Shown here piece after piece: positions 54,495-64,000 of a stretch of DNA of 64,000 bases (the stretch's first letter is position 1; each line of letters opens with the position of its first letter). The stretch is taken from assembly GCA_041178425.1 (NCBI GenBank), contig JBEGVH010000021.1, forward strand, positions 49,608 through 113,607. The letters are read 5' to 3'. Position numbers and translations under genes: made by a program. The stretch is from Pseudomonadota bacterium. Lineage in GTDB: Bacteria; Bdellovibrionota; Bdellovibrionia; Bdellovibrionales; Bdellovibrionaceae. Below the pieces are notes generated by a model. That model saw nothing but the letters and a program-made list of their open reading frames with translations. It was not told where the DNA came from and ran no database searches.

Positions 54495-56966
54495 TTACTC
54501 ACCGAGCATGACTTTGCGCGCAACACGCTCATAATTTTCATCAATATTTTCAGTTCTGACTGTTTTTTGACCAATTACTTCGCCCTGTGATCCACTGGCT
54601 AAGACCTGGTATTGCCCAGGAAGTACCGAAACAAACCTCTTACCCGCTGGTATGTTTTGCAGAAAAAGTGGCGCAGCAACAAGATACCTTTGGTGCTTAA
54701 AGTCGATCCAAGTTCCAGGAGCACCAACCCAACGCTGATTCCACTGCGAAAAGAGTCTTCCTTTGTCGGTATTTTTTGGAAAGCCAAAAACTTTCATTGT
54801 ACGACTGGACTTTACTTGATCTGAACTCCCCTCAGAGAGCTCATTATGAATCACAACTGGTAGATCGACATATTCAGCCATTCCAACAACCTCGCTCAAT
54901 GAGTCACAATAATTGCGAACCTCGGGCGCAACATCACTCACCTGACCACGCAAGATAGGTACGCAATAATCGTTGGTGAGTCGCTGCACAACATCTGGCT
55001 GGTTAACCCCGGGAAGGTAAAAGTTGTTATATCCAATCGGGGTCTGTTTAATCAAAGCCCGTCCATTGTGAAACCCCTGAGACAAAGCCTTATTAATTTC
55101 AACCACCGAGGTCATATCTCGATAGACTATGACTTCACTCGCATTTGTAAACTCCTTGGGAATTTCAATTCTTTCTAACCTCACCACAACTGGGGCACAT
55201 TGCGAAAGTTCATCGGGGGCACAAACAACTTCGAGCCACCCGGGAAGCATCGTATTTCCTGATCCAAGAATGTAATGCCCCGCTGGCAAATGGATCTCTT
55301 CATTCAAATTGAATCGATACTCCTCTCGAGTTTGCTTGCCCTGATCGTCTACATCCACACAGCCTTTGTACGGCCAAACCACACATCGAATAGCAATGAC
55401 TTCACCAAACAACTGAGTTGGCCCGAGCTCACCATTAATTTGCACAGGCACCAATGGAGAATCTGACACCGTCACTCTCGTTGCCAATCGAGGGTCGCCG
55501 TTTCCTAAATTATTCAGCATCGAGAGCAATCGCTCATCTTGCTTGTACAAATCATTCACAAATTGAACTCGTCCTTGTTCGTCTACATCTGCGGTTAGGT
55601 ACGCTGTATACACAGGAAGCGGTTTTTCAACATTGATAGAAATAGTTGTAACTGGCTTAGCGGTGTCTTGGTTTTTTGCTACTCGACTCATAAGAATGTC
55701 TTCAGTGAATGTCGATCCCGAGGGAAATTCACTTCCATCACTCATCAACCAACCTCGTCCTTTCGGCACCGTTTGATTTTTAAGGAGGTAAGCTGCCATT
55801 TCCATGGGTTTTTGCAAACGAATACAACCCGAGCTGCGCAGGCGCGGTCCGGCCTGGGAGAATAACCCGCGCTCATCGGTATCATGCATATAGATAGAAA
55901 AACCATTGTTGAGCGGAAACTTTACTTTTCCGAGAACATTCGTAGGCCCAGCCTGCTGGCGAAGGATATAAGGAAAATAATCTCTACTCAGTTGGTTCCA
56001 ATTAATCGAAGCGACATCAGAAACCGGCTGATCAGATCCAGGCTGAAAAACTTCAATACCCAAACGTGAAAGAAAACCTACATCTTCTCGTATTCGTGGC
56101 AACTTATCCCAAATGGCTAGATTCAATGGTACCGTCCATGTAGGATTTAGTTCTACCCGTTTCATACTGTCGATCATCATTGGTGTTCGTCGAATCGGAC
56201 GACCATTGACAGTTCTCATACTGAGCACGGGCACACCTTTTTCGATGACTCTCAATTCCGTCTGAGCCAAATTGACCATGGCGTATCTTTCACCAAGGTC
56301 TTGCGGAAACCATCTTAGTTTCTCCATGCTCGCACGAATTTTATTTATTTGGTCCTCACTGAACTTATCTTTATTTGAAATCAGCTGATTTTTTAAGGCC
56401 CGATAAAGGGGGGCTGTAGGTTCAAACTTTTGAAAACCATTGGCTAAGTCCTTCGGATCAGAATCAAATACTTGATTGAGAATTTTGAGTGCATCGTCAG
56501 CAAAGGGTTTTGCCGCGAGTTTAATGTCATCGTCAACGAGGGAGGGATCAATTTGACCAACGCTAATCGACTTAGCATATCGAATAGCGGCTTCGGCCAC
56601 AGCAATTTCAAATTCTATTTCACTCATCTCATTTCCTAAAGAGAAAAAAGCTTCCATCTCCGGCCGCCAAAAAGCCTTAGCATCAAGCCCTTGCTCATAG
56701 GAACGTCGAAGTAAATTGCGCATTTCACTCAAGCGAGAGGTGAAGCCCACCTCACCATACCATAGAGGTTTAAAGTTGCGCATTCGATACAAAGAACGCA
56801 AAACAGTGGTATCGTAAACAACTCCACCTCCCATCGCGAGCTTTGCCAATCGCCCCTCAGGCTTATCTACCATTTCACGCAATTCGGATGAATTGAGTGC
56901 GAGTGCCGGCGCTACTGAGACAAATAACGAAGTAATAAACAGAATATTTTTTAAAGACCTCAGCAT
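54495..56966 (-). CDS. YcbB/LdtD-like L,D-transpeptidase with a long C-terminal extension
   Basis: Signal peptide; LY..R.F.PLW scaffold; NPTWTVP, N.LGKVKF, IYMHDT...SSGCIR. Confidence 0.85.
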   Translation of the reverse strand: MLRSLKNILFITSLFVSVAPALALNSSELREMVDKPEGRLAKLAMGGGVVYDTTVLRSLYRMRNFKPLWYGEVGFTSRLSEMRNLLRRSYEQGLDAKAFWRPEMEAFFSLGNEMSEIEFEIAVAEAAIRYAKSISVGQIDPSLVDDDIKLAAKPFADDALKILNQVFDSDPKDLANGFQKFEPTAPLYRALKNQLISNKDKFSEDQINKIRASMEKLRWFPQDLGERYAMVNLAQTELRVIEKGVPVLSMRTVNGRPIRRTPMMIDSMKRVELNPTWTVPLNLAIWDKLPRIREDVGFLSRLGIEVFQPGSDQPVSDVASINWNQLSRDYFPYILRQQAGPTNVLGKVKFPLNNGFSIYMHDTDERGLFSQAGPRLRSSGCIRLQKPMEMAAYLLKNQTVPKGRGWLMSDGSEFPSGSTFTEDILMSRVAKNQDTAKPVTTISINVEKPLPVYTAYLTADVDEQGRVQFVNDLYKQDERLLSMLNNLGNGDPRLATRVTVSDSPLVPVQINGELGPTQLFGEVIAIRCVVWPYKGCVDVDDQGKQTREEYRFNLNEEIHLPAGHYILGSGNTMLPGWLEVVCAPDELSQCAPVVVRLERIEIPKEFTNASEVIVYRDMTSVVEINKALSQGFHNGRALIKQTPIGYNNFYLPGVNQPDVVQRLTNDYCVPILRGQVSDVAPEVRNYCDSLSEVVGMAEYVDLPVVIHNELSEGSSDQVKSSRTMKVFGFPKNTDKGRLFSQWNQRWVGAPGTWIDFKHQRYLVAAPLFLQNIPAGKRFVSVLPGQYQVLASGSQGEVIGQKTVRTENIDENYERVARKVMLGE

Positions 56967-57150
56967 GTAACTACTCCTTGATCAGATCCTCTTGCGAGAT
57001 TCGGCATCATATCCCAAAAAGCAATTTTTCTCAAATTGTTATTAAATCTTATTTATTTATCAAATCGATTTTACGAAGAGTTCTTGTCGAACTATTTTAC
57101 GATGAGCCAAAAATCGACACCAAAAATTTATAAGCCGTGGGTTTGGATTA

Positions 57151-58089
57151 TCAAAGATTAAAAAAGTAACCAATATTCGCGCTAAAAAGTAGAGAGCTGG
57201 GAGTGATACCCTCTTTGGTGGGATCAGCTAATTTCACAGCGTCGAACTTTAACATAAGGTGATTCGCATTGACGGAAAAGTTATGCCCAAAAGAGAGAAT
57301 GAGCCCCCCCTTCTCCTCGGCATTAATGATTCCCTCCGACGCCGCCTCAGACTCTTTATTTACCCCAGCAAAAGAATAATACCCTATTCCCAGAGCCACA
57401 AAGTTACCGGTGTTTCTCTTCGAAGAGTAATTGCGAATCTGCAATTCAAACGGCATAAATTTAAATTTATCTTGAATTGGTAAATCTATGCTCCCCGATG
57501 AAGTTTTAAACCGCAGCGTTTGATAGGGGTAGGACTGATACCCCACTTTTCCCCAAAAGATATAGCCCCCTCCGAGCATTCGTTCATAGGCTAAGAAGGG
57601 TCCATTAGAAGTGCCCAGTAGAGTAATCTCAGTTTTTCCACTCGCATCTGACTGAGTTGCCGTTGTGGTAATAGAGGAGTAGGCAAACCCAATCGCAAGG
57701 CCACTATCCTGTAAACGATTTCTTGCGCGGAGTTGCCGGCGTTCTTCTTTGGCTTCCTCTGTGAGATCATCGCCCTCTTCACCTGCGATCCCTCGGCCTG
57801 GTTCAACATTAAATGCAGCTTTACTCTTTTTAGTATAAAAACCAGCTTTCACGCGCCCCTTAAGAATGGAGGCAATGGCTGAAGTCATTGTGGCTTTTTC
57901 TACCTCAACAACACCCATCTCTCCTTCAGAAATATCATCAAGAACTACAAGGCGGTCACCAATAACAATGTCAGCATCGCTTCCTTCGAGTTTAATTAAA
58001 GCTTTTCCATCTTTTACTTGAGTAATGATTCCGGCCCGAGCGGCCAGCGCAGAGAATAGAAATAAAAGACTGAATGCTAATTTCTTCAT
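57151..58089 (-). CDS. Putative outer-membrane protein (small N-terminal beta domain plus barrel)
   Basis: Signal peptide (ARA), aromatic-rich strands, C-terminal IGYFFNL. Confidence 0.55.
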   Translation of the reverse strand: MKKLAFSLLFLFSALAARAGIITQVKDGKALIKLEGSDADIVIGDRLVVLDDISEGEMGVVEVEKATMTSAIASILKGRVKAGFYTKKSKAAFNVEPGRGIAGEEGDDLTEEAKEERRQLRARNRLQDSGLAIGFAYSSITTTATQSDASGKTEITLLGTSNGPFLAYERMLGGGYIFWGKVGYQSYPYQTLRFKTSSGSIDLPIQDKFKFMPFELQIRNYSSKRNTGNFVALGIGYYSFAGVNKESEAASEGIINAEEKGGLILSFGHNFSVNANHLMLKFDAVKLADPTKEGITPSSLLFSANIGYFFNL

Positions 58090-58208
58090 AGGGTAATGAT
58101 AGAATATCGAAGAATGGGAGAAAATGGCAAACTTTGCTTCGTAAGGATCTGGCTTCCGTCTTGTGCCGACAAGAAGGTTCAGACTTCAGTCTAGTGCTAG
58201 GGTGTCCG

Positions 58209-58454
58209 TTATCCCTCACCATTCCCCTCACTGATAATTGGTGGAAGCTCAACATAGTCTTCTAATTTGGAGGGCTCAATATTCAAACAATTAGAGAGAC
58301 CATAGATATGCACTAACGGAATGGGAAGAAGACCACGTTCGTATCGCTCCAATGTTTCCTCACTGACACCGAGATATTCTGCAATTTCCTTTTGAGATCT
58401 TTTTAGCTTCAAACGCCTTGTGAAAATTAATTGCGCCAAACCTTTTTCATTCAT
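58209..58454 (-). CDS. XRE-family HTH protein
   Basis: SQKEIAEYLGVSEETLERYERG. Confidence 0.8.
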   Translation of the reverse strand: MNEKGLAQLIFTRRLKLKRSQKEIAEYLGVSEETLERYERGLLPIPLVHIYGLSNCLNIEPSKLEDYVELPPIISEGNGEG

Positions 58455-58729
58455 TACTTTGGGAATCACCACAACACCCCTTCTGTTCACACTTTCGAAA
58501 ATTGCCCCACAAAAATCGCTGCCTCATCAAATAGAGTTACAAAAAATTGGTCAAAGAGAGATTTGTTAGGTTTTCATAACCAAACTCAATTTCACTCCTT
58601 AACCTTGCAAATTTCGTCTTTAAAAGGGCAAAAAGTCGCAGTTCAGCGCTCGATTCGCATTTAATGTTCATCTGATCCTGGCACCAATTTTGGAGAGGGT
58701 GTGGGGTTAGCTTTGCTGAGGTAATCAAA

Positions 58730-59908
58730 ATGACCCGATTATTGAGTTTGTACAGTTTAACCTTTTTTTTCCTCATCTTGGGAAAACCGATCCACACGCG
58801 CGCAGAGCTTATTATCACACTTGGTGGCGATCTGAATCTAAACCCCTCCGGCGAGCTTCCCGACGCCCAAGGAGCTTGCAAGCACGGACGGTGTTTTTCT
58901 TGGCGCGAAGTTTTTCAAAATTTAGAACCACTACTCATTGGCGAACTTAACTTTTACAATCTTGAAACTGTCGTCACCGATGGCTCTAATCTGGAACGGC
59001 CCCATGGAGGTCGTTTTTTATTTCGAACTCACCCGGAGGGAATCCGCTACGCCAAAAAAATTGGCCTCAATTGGGTTAGCATGGCCAATAACCATGTGGG
59101 TGATTATGGACCAGAGGGCCTTTTAAACACTCTCGAAAGCCTCGAAACAATGGCTCAAGAGCCCGGGGTCTTATTTTTTCATGGAACAGCCCGAACTCGT
59201 TCTGAGGTTCTCGAACCCGCTCTCCTAGAGTTTGAATCTAAAACAGAAGGACGAGTACGAATCGCTTTTGCTGCAGTCACATTTGTGCGCAACACTCCAA
59301 TGCAGATCAGCGACAAAAACCCAGGGGTCATTTACCCGGAAAATCCAAAAGATATGAAGCGGCTCTTAAAAAACTTCAAAGAATTAAAGGCTGATTATAA
59401 AGTTCTCTCGATCCATGGAGGTAAAGAAAAAGGTTATCGTTTAGATGATTGGCAAGAAAGAACCTATGAATACTACCTTGAAAACGGTGATCTTGACCTC
59501 ATTATTGGGCACCACCCTCACCGAGTAAGACCAGTCGAGCGCATCGGTAACAAAGTCATTTTTTACAGCCTCGGAAACTATCTTATGTTGGGCGCCGGAT
59601 CTCTCAACACTCTTGGACCAAGCGAAGACTATGGTCTTCTCGCTCGCCTTGCTTTAAAGCGTAATTCGCAAGGGCGCCTAGAAATTACAAAGATGGAAGC
59701 CATCCCGTTGTTTAATATGCATTCCCAGGTGTACCCCCTCACTGAGAGTGACGGACGCCGACGAATCACTGAACTTAACCTATTGAGTCGCGAAGAACTC
59801 GGTGATAAGGCCCTCACTTGGGATTATACCTCAAAGGGCTGGGGCCAGGTTTGCTTCATCCACTGTGAAAGATGGCCTCAAACTTACCAGACTCACCTGT
59901 TACCATAG
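58730..59908 (+). CDS. CapA-family metallophosphoesterase
   Basis: GGD, NLET, ANNH..DYG, SIHGG, IIGHHPH, YSLGN. Confidence 0.87.
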   Translation: MTRLLSLYSLTFFFLILGKPIHTRAELIITLGGDLNLNPSGELPDAQGACKHGRCFSWREVFQNLEPLLIGELNFYNLETVVTDGSNLERPHGGRFLFRTHPEGIRYAKKIGLNWVSMANNHVGDYGPEGLLNTLESLETMAQEPGVLFFHGTARTRSEVLEPALLEFESKTEGRVRIAFAAVTFVRNTPMQISDKNPGVIYPENPKDMKRLLKNFKELKADYKVLSIHGGKEKGYRLDDWQERTYEYYLENGDLDLIIGHHPHRVRPVERIGNKVIFYSLGNYLMLGAGSLNTLGPSEDYGLLARLALKRNSQGRLEITKMEAIPLFNMHSQVYPLTESDGRRRITELNLLSREELGDKALTWDYTSKGWGQVCFIHCERWPQTYQTHLLP

Positions 59909-60068
59909 ATTTTTTTCTATTCACCGGCTTCACTTTTTTGCATTGCGTGAAAGGTCTCATTGAAACTCTCAACGAAGTAAAGGCACCAAACCCACCAAAA
60001 AACCAATTTCTGGCGTCTACTTATTTATTGATTGCCCACCGAGAAAGCCCCAAGTACATTATCACTCA

Positions 60069-60302
60069 ATGAAATCGGCAGTTTCACCTACAACCTGGCA
60101 AAAAAATATTCTTTCGCAGTGGCAACGATTTAAAGGCCTCTGTCAGGAAATGACGACCTTGTTTAAAGAACAGGGGTTTAAGGCTATTTTAGCGCGCTTT
60201 GGATGGAAGTTTCTGATTATTGTGTTTTTTTATTACCTGATTCGCGATGTTACTCTTTATATTCTGATCCCCTACTTCATCACAAAAGCTAGCACTCGCT
60301 AG
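60069..60302 (+). CDS. Small membrane protein
   Basis: GWK...FFYYLIRDVTLYILIP hydrophobic C-terminus. Confidence 0.6.
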   Translation: MKSAVSPTTWQKNILSQWQRFKGLCQEMTTLFKEQGFKAILARFGWKFLIIVFFYYLIRDVTLYILIPYFITKASTR

Positions 60303-60376
60303 GGGCCCCTACGGCTTTTAGAATCTTAAGTTTGCGTATAAACAAAAAAGGTTGATAGTTCTAAGCGGAGGTCGAT

Positions 60377-61726
60377 ATGGCCCTTTTGATACTGGTATTC
60401 CTTTTTATTTCTACACCACAGACTCAGGCGAATTCCCCTTTTATTTATTCTCCTTTTGGGGAGGAGAAGGTCGTTCAATTTTCAGCCATTTATCTCACTC
60501 AGTTTAAAACGCTCCAAGAGATGGCTTCGATATTACCTGCCGACAGATCAAACTATATTTCTTACTCTATCATACCCACACTCAAATACCTGTTTGGCCC
60601 GCTGACTCATCGTGGACTCGGAGGAATTCGAAAACTCTTGTCACTGAAAGTAAGCTGGGAAAATGCTTATCAGACAGATCGAGGAGTGATCGTTCCCTTT
60701 GAGTATCAAGGACTCTGGCTTGTAGATACTCATTCTTTCACTCAACCCGAATTCATTCTGCCTTTGCCGTTTAATAACGGCTCGGTCTTTTCGAATCAGT
60801 GGCAGAGTTGCAGCGATCCTGAACATAGCTCCGCTAGTCATTACTGGTACTATTGGGATCCCAAGCGTCCTCGCTGTGATCAGAAAAAAGAGCAACATTA
60901 CCAGGATATCTTGATTTCGTTTACAAATCCTTCGCCACAGACCCAAAGGACATTTCCCGAGTACGAACGAATGATTCGCTCCGAAAATGGTAAAAAGAAA
61001 TTTCCCATGACCTTCGCCTTCGGATATTTTGAGACGCCCCCACGACCCAACCCTGACACCGACAAAGATATCGGTGCGCTCGAATATCAGCGATTTCAAA
61101 AAGAACTGAAAAAACTTATTCCCAGTAGCGCTAAGGAATCACTTCTCTATAGCAATCTTTATCCGGGCACAGAAAATCGAAAAATTTATATTGGAAAACG
61201 ATATCAATTTATTCGTGCGGGAACTCAATTTGACATAAAGATCGTCATGAGCGCGGGGGTCGACCAAATGCTACTTTTTGCCAAAAGCTTCGCGGCCGAT
61301 CACGATTCTTATTTTGGCTGGCTGGGACACTCGCGCGTGGGCTCTGGTTTCGATGCTGAGAATTTTAGCTACCTCCTACGCACCCACCAGCAGTGGCTTT
61401 CCATCACGAGCCAATACCAGATGGTTTATTGGGGCGGCTGTAATAGTTACTCCTATTACACCGATCCCTTCTTTGCGATGAAATCAACGGTGTCTCCCAA
61501 TGATCCCATGGGCACCAAAGGTCTTGATATTGTCGCCAATGGGCTTCCCTCTTACTTTGGTCTCAATGCCGAGAATGCACTCATCCATCTTAAGGCCTTG
61601 TTGGATTGGCAAAAACCAACAAGCTATCAAGACATTCTTCAAGAGATGGAAAAAACGAATATCTATAGAGGCCACCACTTCCTCGCCGTGGTCTTGGGGG
61701 ATGAAGACAACCCAACACTTAAGTAA
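60377..61726 (+). CDS. Secreted protein with a putative clan CD (caspase/gingipain-fold) His-Cys dyad
   Basis: Signal peptide; FGWLGHS and MVYWGGCNSY; GGAGG RBS. Confidence 0.55.
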   Translation: MALLILVFLFISTPQTQANSPFIYSPFGEEKVVQFSAIYLTQFKTLQEMASILPADRSNYISYSIIPTLKYLFGPLTHRGLGGIRKLLSLKVSWENAYQTDRGVIVPFEYQGLWLVDTHSFTQPEFILPLPFNNGSVFSNQWQSCSDPEHSSASHYWYYWDPKRPRCDQKKEQHYQDILISFTNPSPQTQRTFPEYERMIRSENGKKKFPMTFAFGYFETPPRPNPDTDKDIGALEYQRFQKELKKLIPSSAKESLLYSNLYPGTENRKIYIGKRYQFIRAGTQFDIKIVMSAGVDQMLLFAKSFAADHDSYFGWLGHSRVGSGFDAENFSYLLRTHQQWLSITSQYQMVYWGGCNSYSYYTDPFFAMKSTVSPNDPMGTKGLDIVANGLPSYFGLNAENALIHLKALLDWQKPTSYQDILQEMEKTNIYRGHHFLAVVLGDEDNPTLK

Positions 61727-61746
61727 ATTCCGTGCCAGACCGATAA
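61719..61746 (+). promoter_or_regulatory. Sigma-28 (FliA)-like promoter for hemerythrin
   Basis: (T)TAAG-N15-ACCGATAA, followed by a GAGGAG RBS. Confidence 0.6.
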
Positions 61747-61772
61747 TGTATTCAAAGAACCGAGGAGAAACC

Positions 61773-62186
61773 ATGTCGTCGCTTTTTACGTGGGATAGTA
61801 AAAGATATGAACTCAAAGTGACCGAGATGGATAATGAGCACAAAAAACTCATCGAAATAATGAACGATCTCTATGACAAAAATAAGAAAAATGCACCAAA
61901 GCCAGATCTTCTTACGAGCATCAACGAACTCTGCGACTTTGTGGTTCTACACTTCCAACATGAAGAAACGCACCTCGAAAAAATACGTTTTCCGGGTCTC
62001 GCAAATCACAAGGGAATCCATCAACGACTCTTATCACAACTTAGACAGCACAAAGCCGATTTTGAATCGAGCGAATCTAATCGAATTAATGAAAAGTTTT
62101 TTGAGTTTCTTTCCCTTTGGCTGGCGGCGCATATTCAACACATCGATATGCAGTATAGCCCTAGCCGTTACGGTCAATCGGCCTGA
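61773..62186 (+). CDS. Bacteriohemerythrin
   Basis: W...MDNEHKKL...HFQHEE...HKGIH...WL.AHI...D; the supported start is 61773, not 61500. Confidence 0.9.
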   Translation: MSSLFTWDSKRYELKVTEMDNEHKKLIEIMNDLYDKNKKNAPKPDLLTSINELCDFVVLHFQHEETHLEKIRFPGLANHKGIHQRLLSQLRQHKADFESSESNRINEKFFEFLSLWLAAHIQHIDMQYSPSRYGQSA

Positions 62187-62698
62187 CTTGAAGTCTCCGA
62201 TGCCTTAGAGCTCGAAAAATACCAACGGAGCCCTAAGTTACTTATGAGGCCATAATAGACAAATCCCGGGTCTCCCTTGGTTGGCAGAGTAAACCCAAAC
62301 TCTCCCGACATTGCCCATCGGGAACCGATAGGGACACTAAATCCCACTCCTGCATCGATTGCCAACAAAGATGTCCGTGCAGAGGCGCTGTTAAAAAAAC
62401 CATCAAAATAGGAAGCTCCTGAAAAAGCAAACGATTGCACCTTTGACCATTGGGATAATTGGTATTGAACATCAAATCGCACCATGGTTAATTCTCCATT
62501 TGAACGATTATGTTTTAAAACTTGTTTCGAAAGCTCTAATTGTTGTGACCAAGGTGACTCAGGCGCTCGCCAAAATACCCTCGCCCCCAAAAGAGCGGGA
62601 GATCCAAAAGAAAAACCAAGGCCCTTTTCTAGTTCGGCCTTGGCTGATAGTGTGGTCGTTAAAATAGCAATGAGAGCTAAGAGTCTACTCTTCATCAT
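62174..62698 (-). CDS. Small outer-membrane beta-barrel-like protein
   Basis: Signal peptide (AKA), alternating strands, GLRWYF. Confidence 0.55.
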   Translation of the reverse strand: MMKSRLLALIAILTTTLSAKAELEKGLGFSFGSPALLGARVFWRAPESPWSQQLELSKQVLKHNRSNGELTMVRFDVQYQLSQWSKVQSFAFSGASYFDGFFNSASARTSLLAIDAGVGFSVPIGSRWAMSGEFGFTLPTKGDPGFVYYGLISNLGLRWYFSSSKASETSSQAD

Positions 62699-64000
62699 CC
62701 TCTTCGTTCATAGTTCCTAAACCGTACTTTTCAACACGATATCTCATCGAACGAAAAGATATATTGAGTAATTTGGCAGCTCGTTTTTTGGTCCCATTAG
62801 CCACATGAATGGCCTTAACGAGGAGCTCTTTCTCGATTTGACCGATGATCTTGTCGAGATCAATTCCCTCTGGACCGATTTCGATCTCCTGACTCGAGGC
62901 CATTTTTCGACCGGAAGGAGTGTTTACAAAAGGTGGCAAGCTTTCCGGTAAAATTGTGGCTCCAGACTCAAGAGCGACGGTTCGCTCGATAATATTTTCG
63001 AGCTCGCGCACGTTTCCTGGGTAGTCATATTTTTTCATCATTTCCATGGCTTCTTGACTAATGCCACCGATATTTTTACCTAAGCGATCATTGTATTTTT
63101 TCAAAAAATGGTTAGCCAGTAAGGGAATATCGTCCCGACGCTCACGCAACGAAGGCGTTTTTATTTGAATAACGTTGAGGCGGTAATAGAGATCCTGTCT
63201 AAAGGTTCCATCATTAACCATTTTTTCTAAGTCACGATTGGTTGCTGCGATAATACGAACATCTACTTTTATGTCATCGATTGCACCCACGCGACGAATG
63301 ATTCTTTCTTGAATCGCACGGAGGAGTTTTACTTGAATAGAAAGCGGCAATTCGCCAACCTCATCCAAGAAAAGTGTGCCGCCATCGGCCACCTCAAACA
63401 GACCCGATTTATCTATGACGGCGCCTGTAAAAGAACCTTTTTTATGACCAAACATTTCCGATTCCATAAGATTTTCAGGAATCGCACCGCAGTTAATTGT
63501 AACGAAGGGGCGTTCTTTTAATGGGCCATTATAATGGATAGCCTTGGCCACTACTTCTTTTCCAGTTCCAGACTCACCGGTTACCAGAACATTCGTTGGA
63601 GCCTGAGACACACGACGAACAAGATCAAAAATTCGGTGCATTGATTCCGAATTCCCGACGATATTCTGAAAGGAATTTTCTTTTCCGAGTTCTTTTTTAA
63701 GTACGCGGTTTTCTGTCTCGAGGTTTTTGCTCTTGAGAGCATTGCCAATGACAATTCTGACCTCATCAATTTTGAAAGGCTTCGTGATATAGTCATAAGC
63801 GCCAATTTTCATTGCTTCTACGGCCGTTTCTGTGGTTCCGAAGGCCGTAATCATCATAAAGAGAAGATCAGGAAAGTTGTCCCTTACGTGCTTCAATAGC
63901 TCCATACCAGTCACTTGAGGCATCTGTAAGTCAGAGATCACAAGATCAAAGGTTTTCTTTTTGAGAAGCTCAATGGCACGAGCTCCGTCTTCTGCTAAGG
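62685..64000 (-). CDS. Sigma-54-dependent response regulator (PilR/NtrC family), 5' end outside the window
   Basis: Receiver domain (DLVISDLQMP...KPF), GESGTGKE, GSFTGA, FLDEV, PGNVREL, C-terminal HTH; the frame stays open to the window edge. Confidence 0.9.
   Translation of the reverse strand, partial: LAEDGARAIELLKKKTFDLVISDLQMPQVTGMELLKHVRDNFPDLLFMMITAFGTTETAVEAMKIGAYDYITKPFKIDEVRIVIGNALKSKNLETENRVLKKELGKENSFQNIVGNSESMHRIFDLVRRVSQAPTNVLVTGESGTGKEVVAKAIHYNGPLKERPFVTINCGAIPENLMESEMFGHKKGSFTGAVIDKSGLFEVADGGTLFLDEVGELPLSIQVKLLRAIQERIIRRVGAIDDIKVDVRIIAATNRDLEKMVNDGTFRQDLYYRLNVIQIKTPSLRERRDDIPLLANHFLKKYNDRLGKNIGGISQEAMEMMKKYDYPGNVRELENIIERTVALESGATILPESLPPFVNTPSGRKMASSQEIEIGPEGIDLDKIIGQIEKELLVKAIHVANGTKKRAAKLLNISFRSMRYRVEKYGLGTMNEEDDEE

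Noticed and set aside
61500..61772. N-terminal extension of hemerythrin in the ORF track
   Set aside because: It overlaps the upstream gene; the RBS and promoter support ATG 61773.

Overview
Bacterial chromosomal window, probably from a Bdellovibrionota-type predator. This is inferred from the giant lipoprotein adhesin, an FQN-type N-terminus, gspCDEF, DUF366, an L,D-transpeptidase and a PilR-like regulator. Main contents: (1) a 3920-aa surface lipoprotein made of 12 tandem two-domain Ig-like units, a Calx-beta-like domain and C-terminal RCC1-type propellers; (2) metabolic and sensory genes (NTT-like transporter, fadD, PhyH dioxygenase, MBL hydrolase, BLUF, DUF366, PduO); (3) gspC-D-E-F, followed by a secreted GH15 glucoamylase, a 147-bp element with 28-bp inverted repeats, a beta-helix protein and tRNA-Arg(CCU); (4) rpiB-glyA-M23 peptidase; (5) a tightly coupled 10-gene, ~10 kb type II FAS/PKS-like operon; (6) an L,D-transpeptidase, CapA, a clan CD-like secreted protein, hemerythrin and a partial sigma-54 activator. 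The operon encodes an acyl ligase, an exported patatin-fold protein with Cys at the nucleophile position, DH, a CLF-like protein, ACP, KS, KR, a FabL-like ER, a hydrolase and an AsnB-like amidotransferase, and it is the best candidate for an undescribed system. Two tRNA-Arg genes and several sigma-28-like promoters are visible. No CRISPR array, integrase, transposase or rRNA was seen. All family calls are by eye from motifs; no database search was run.
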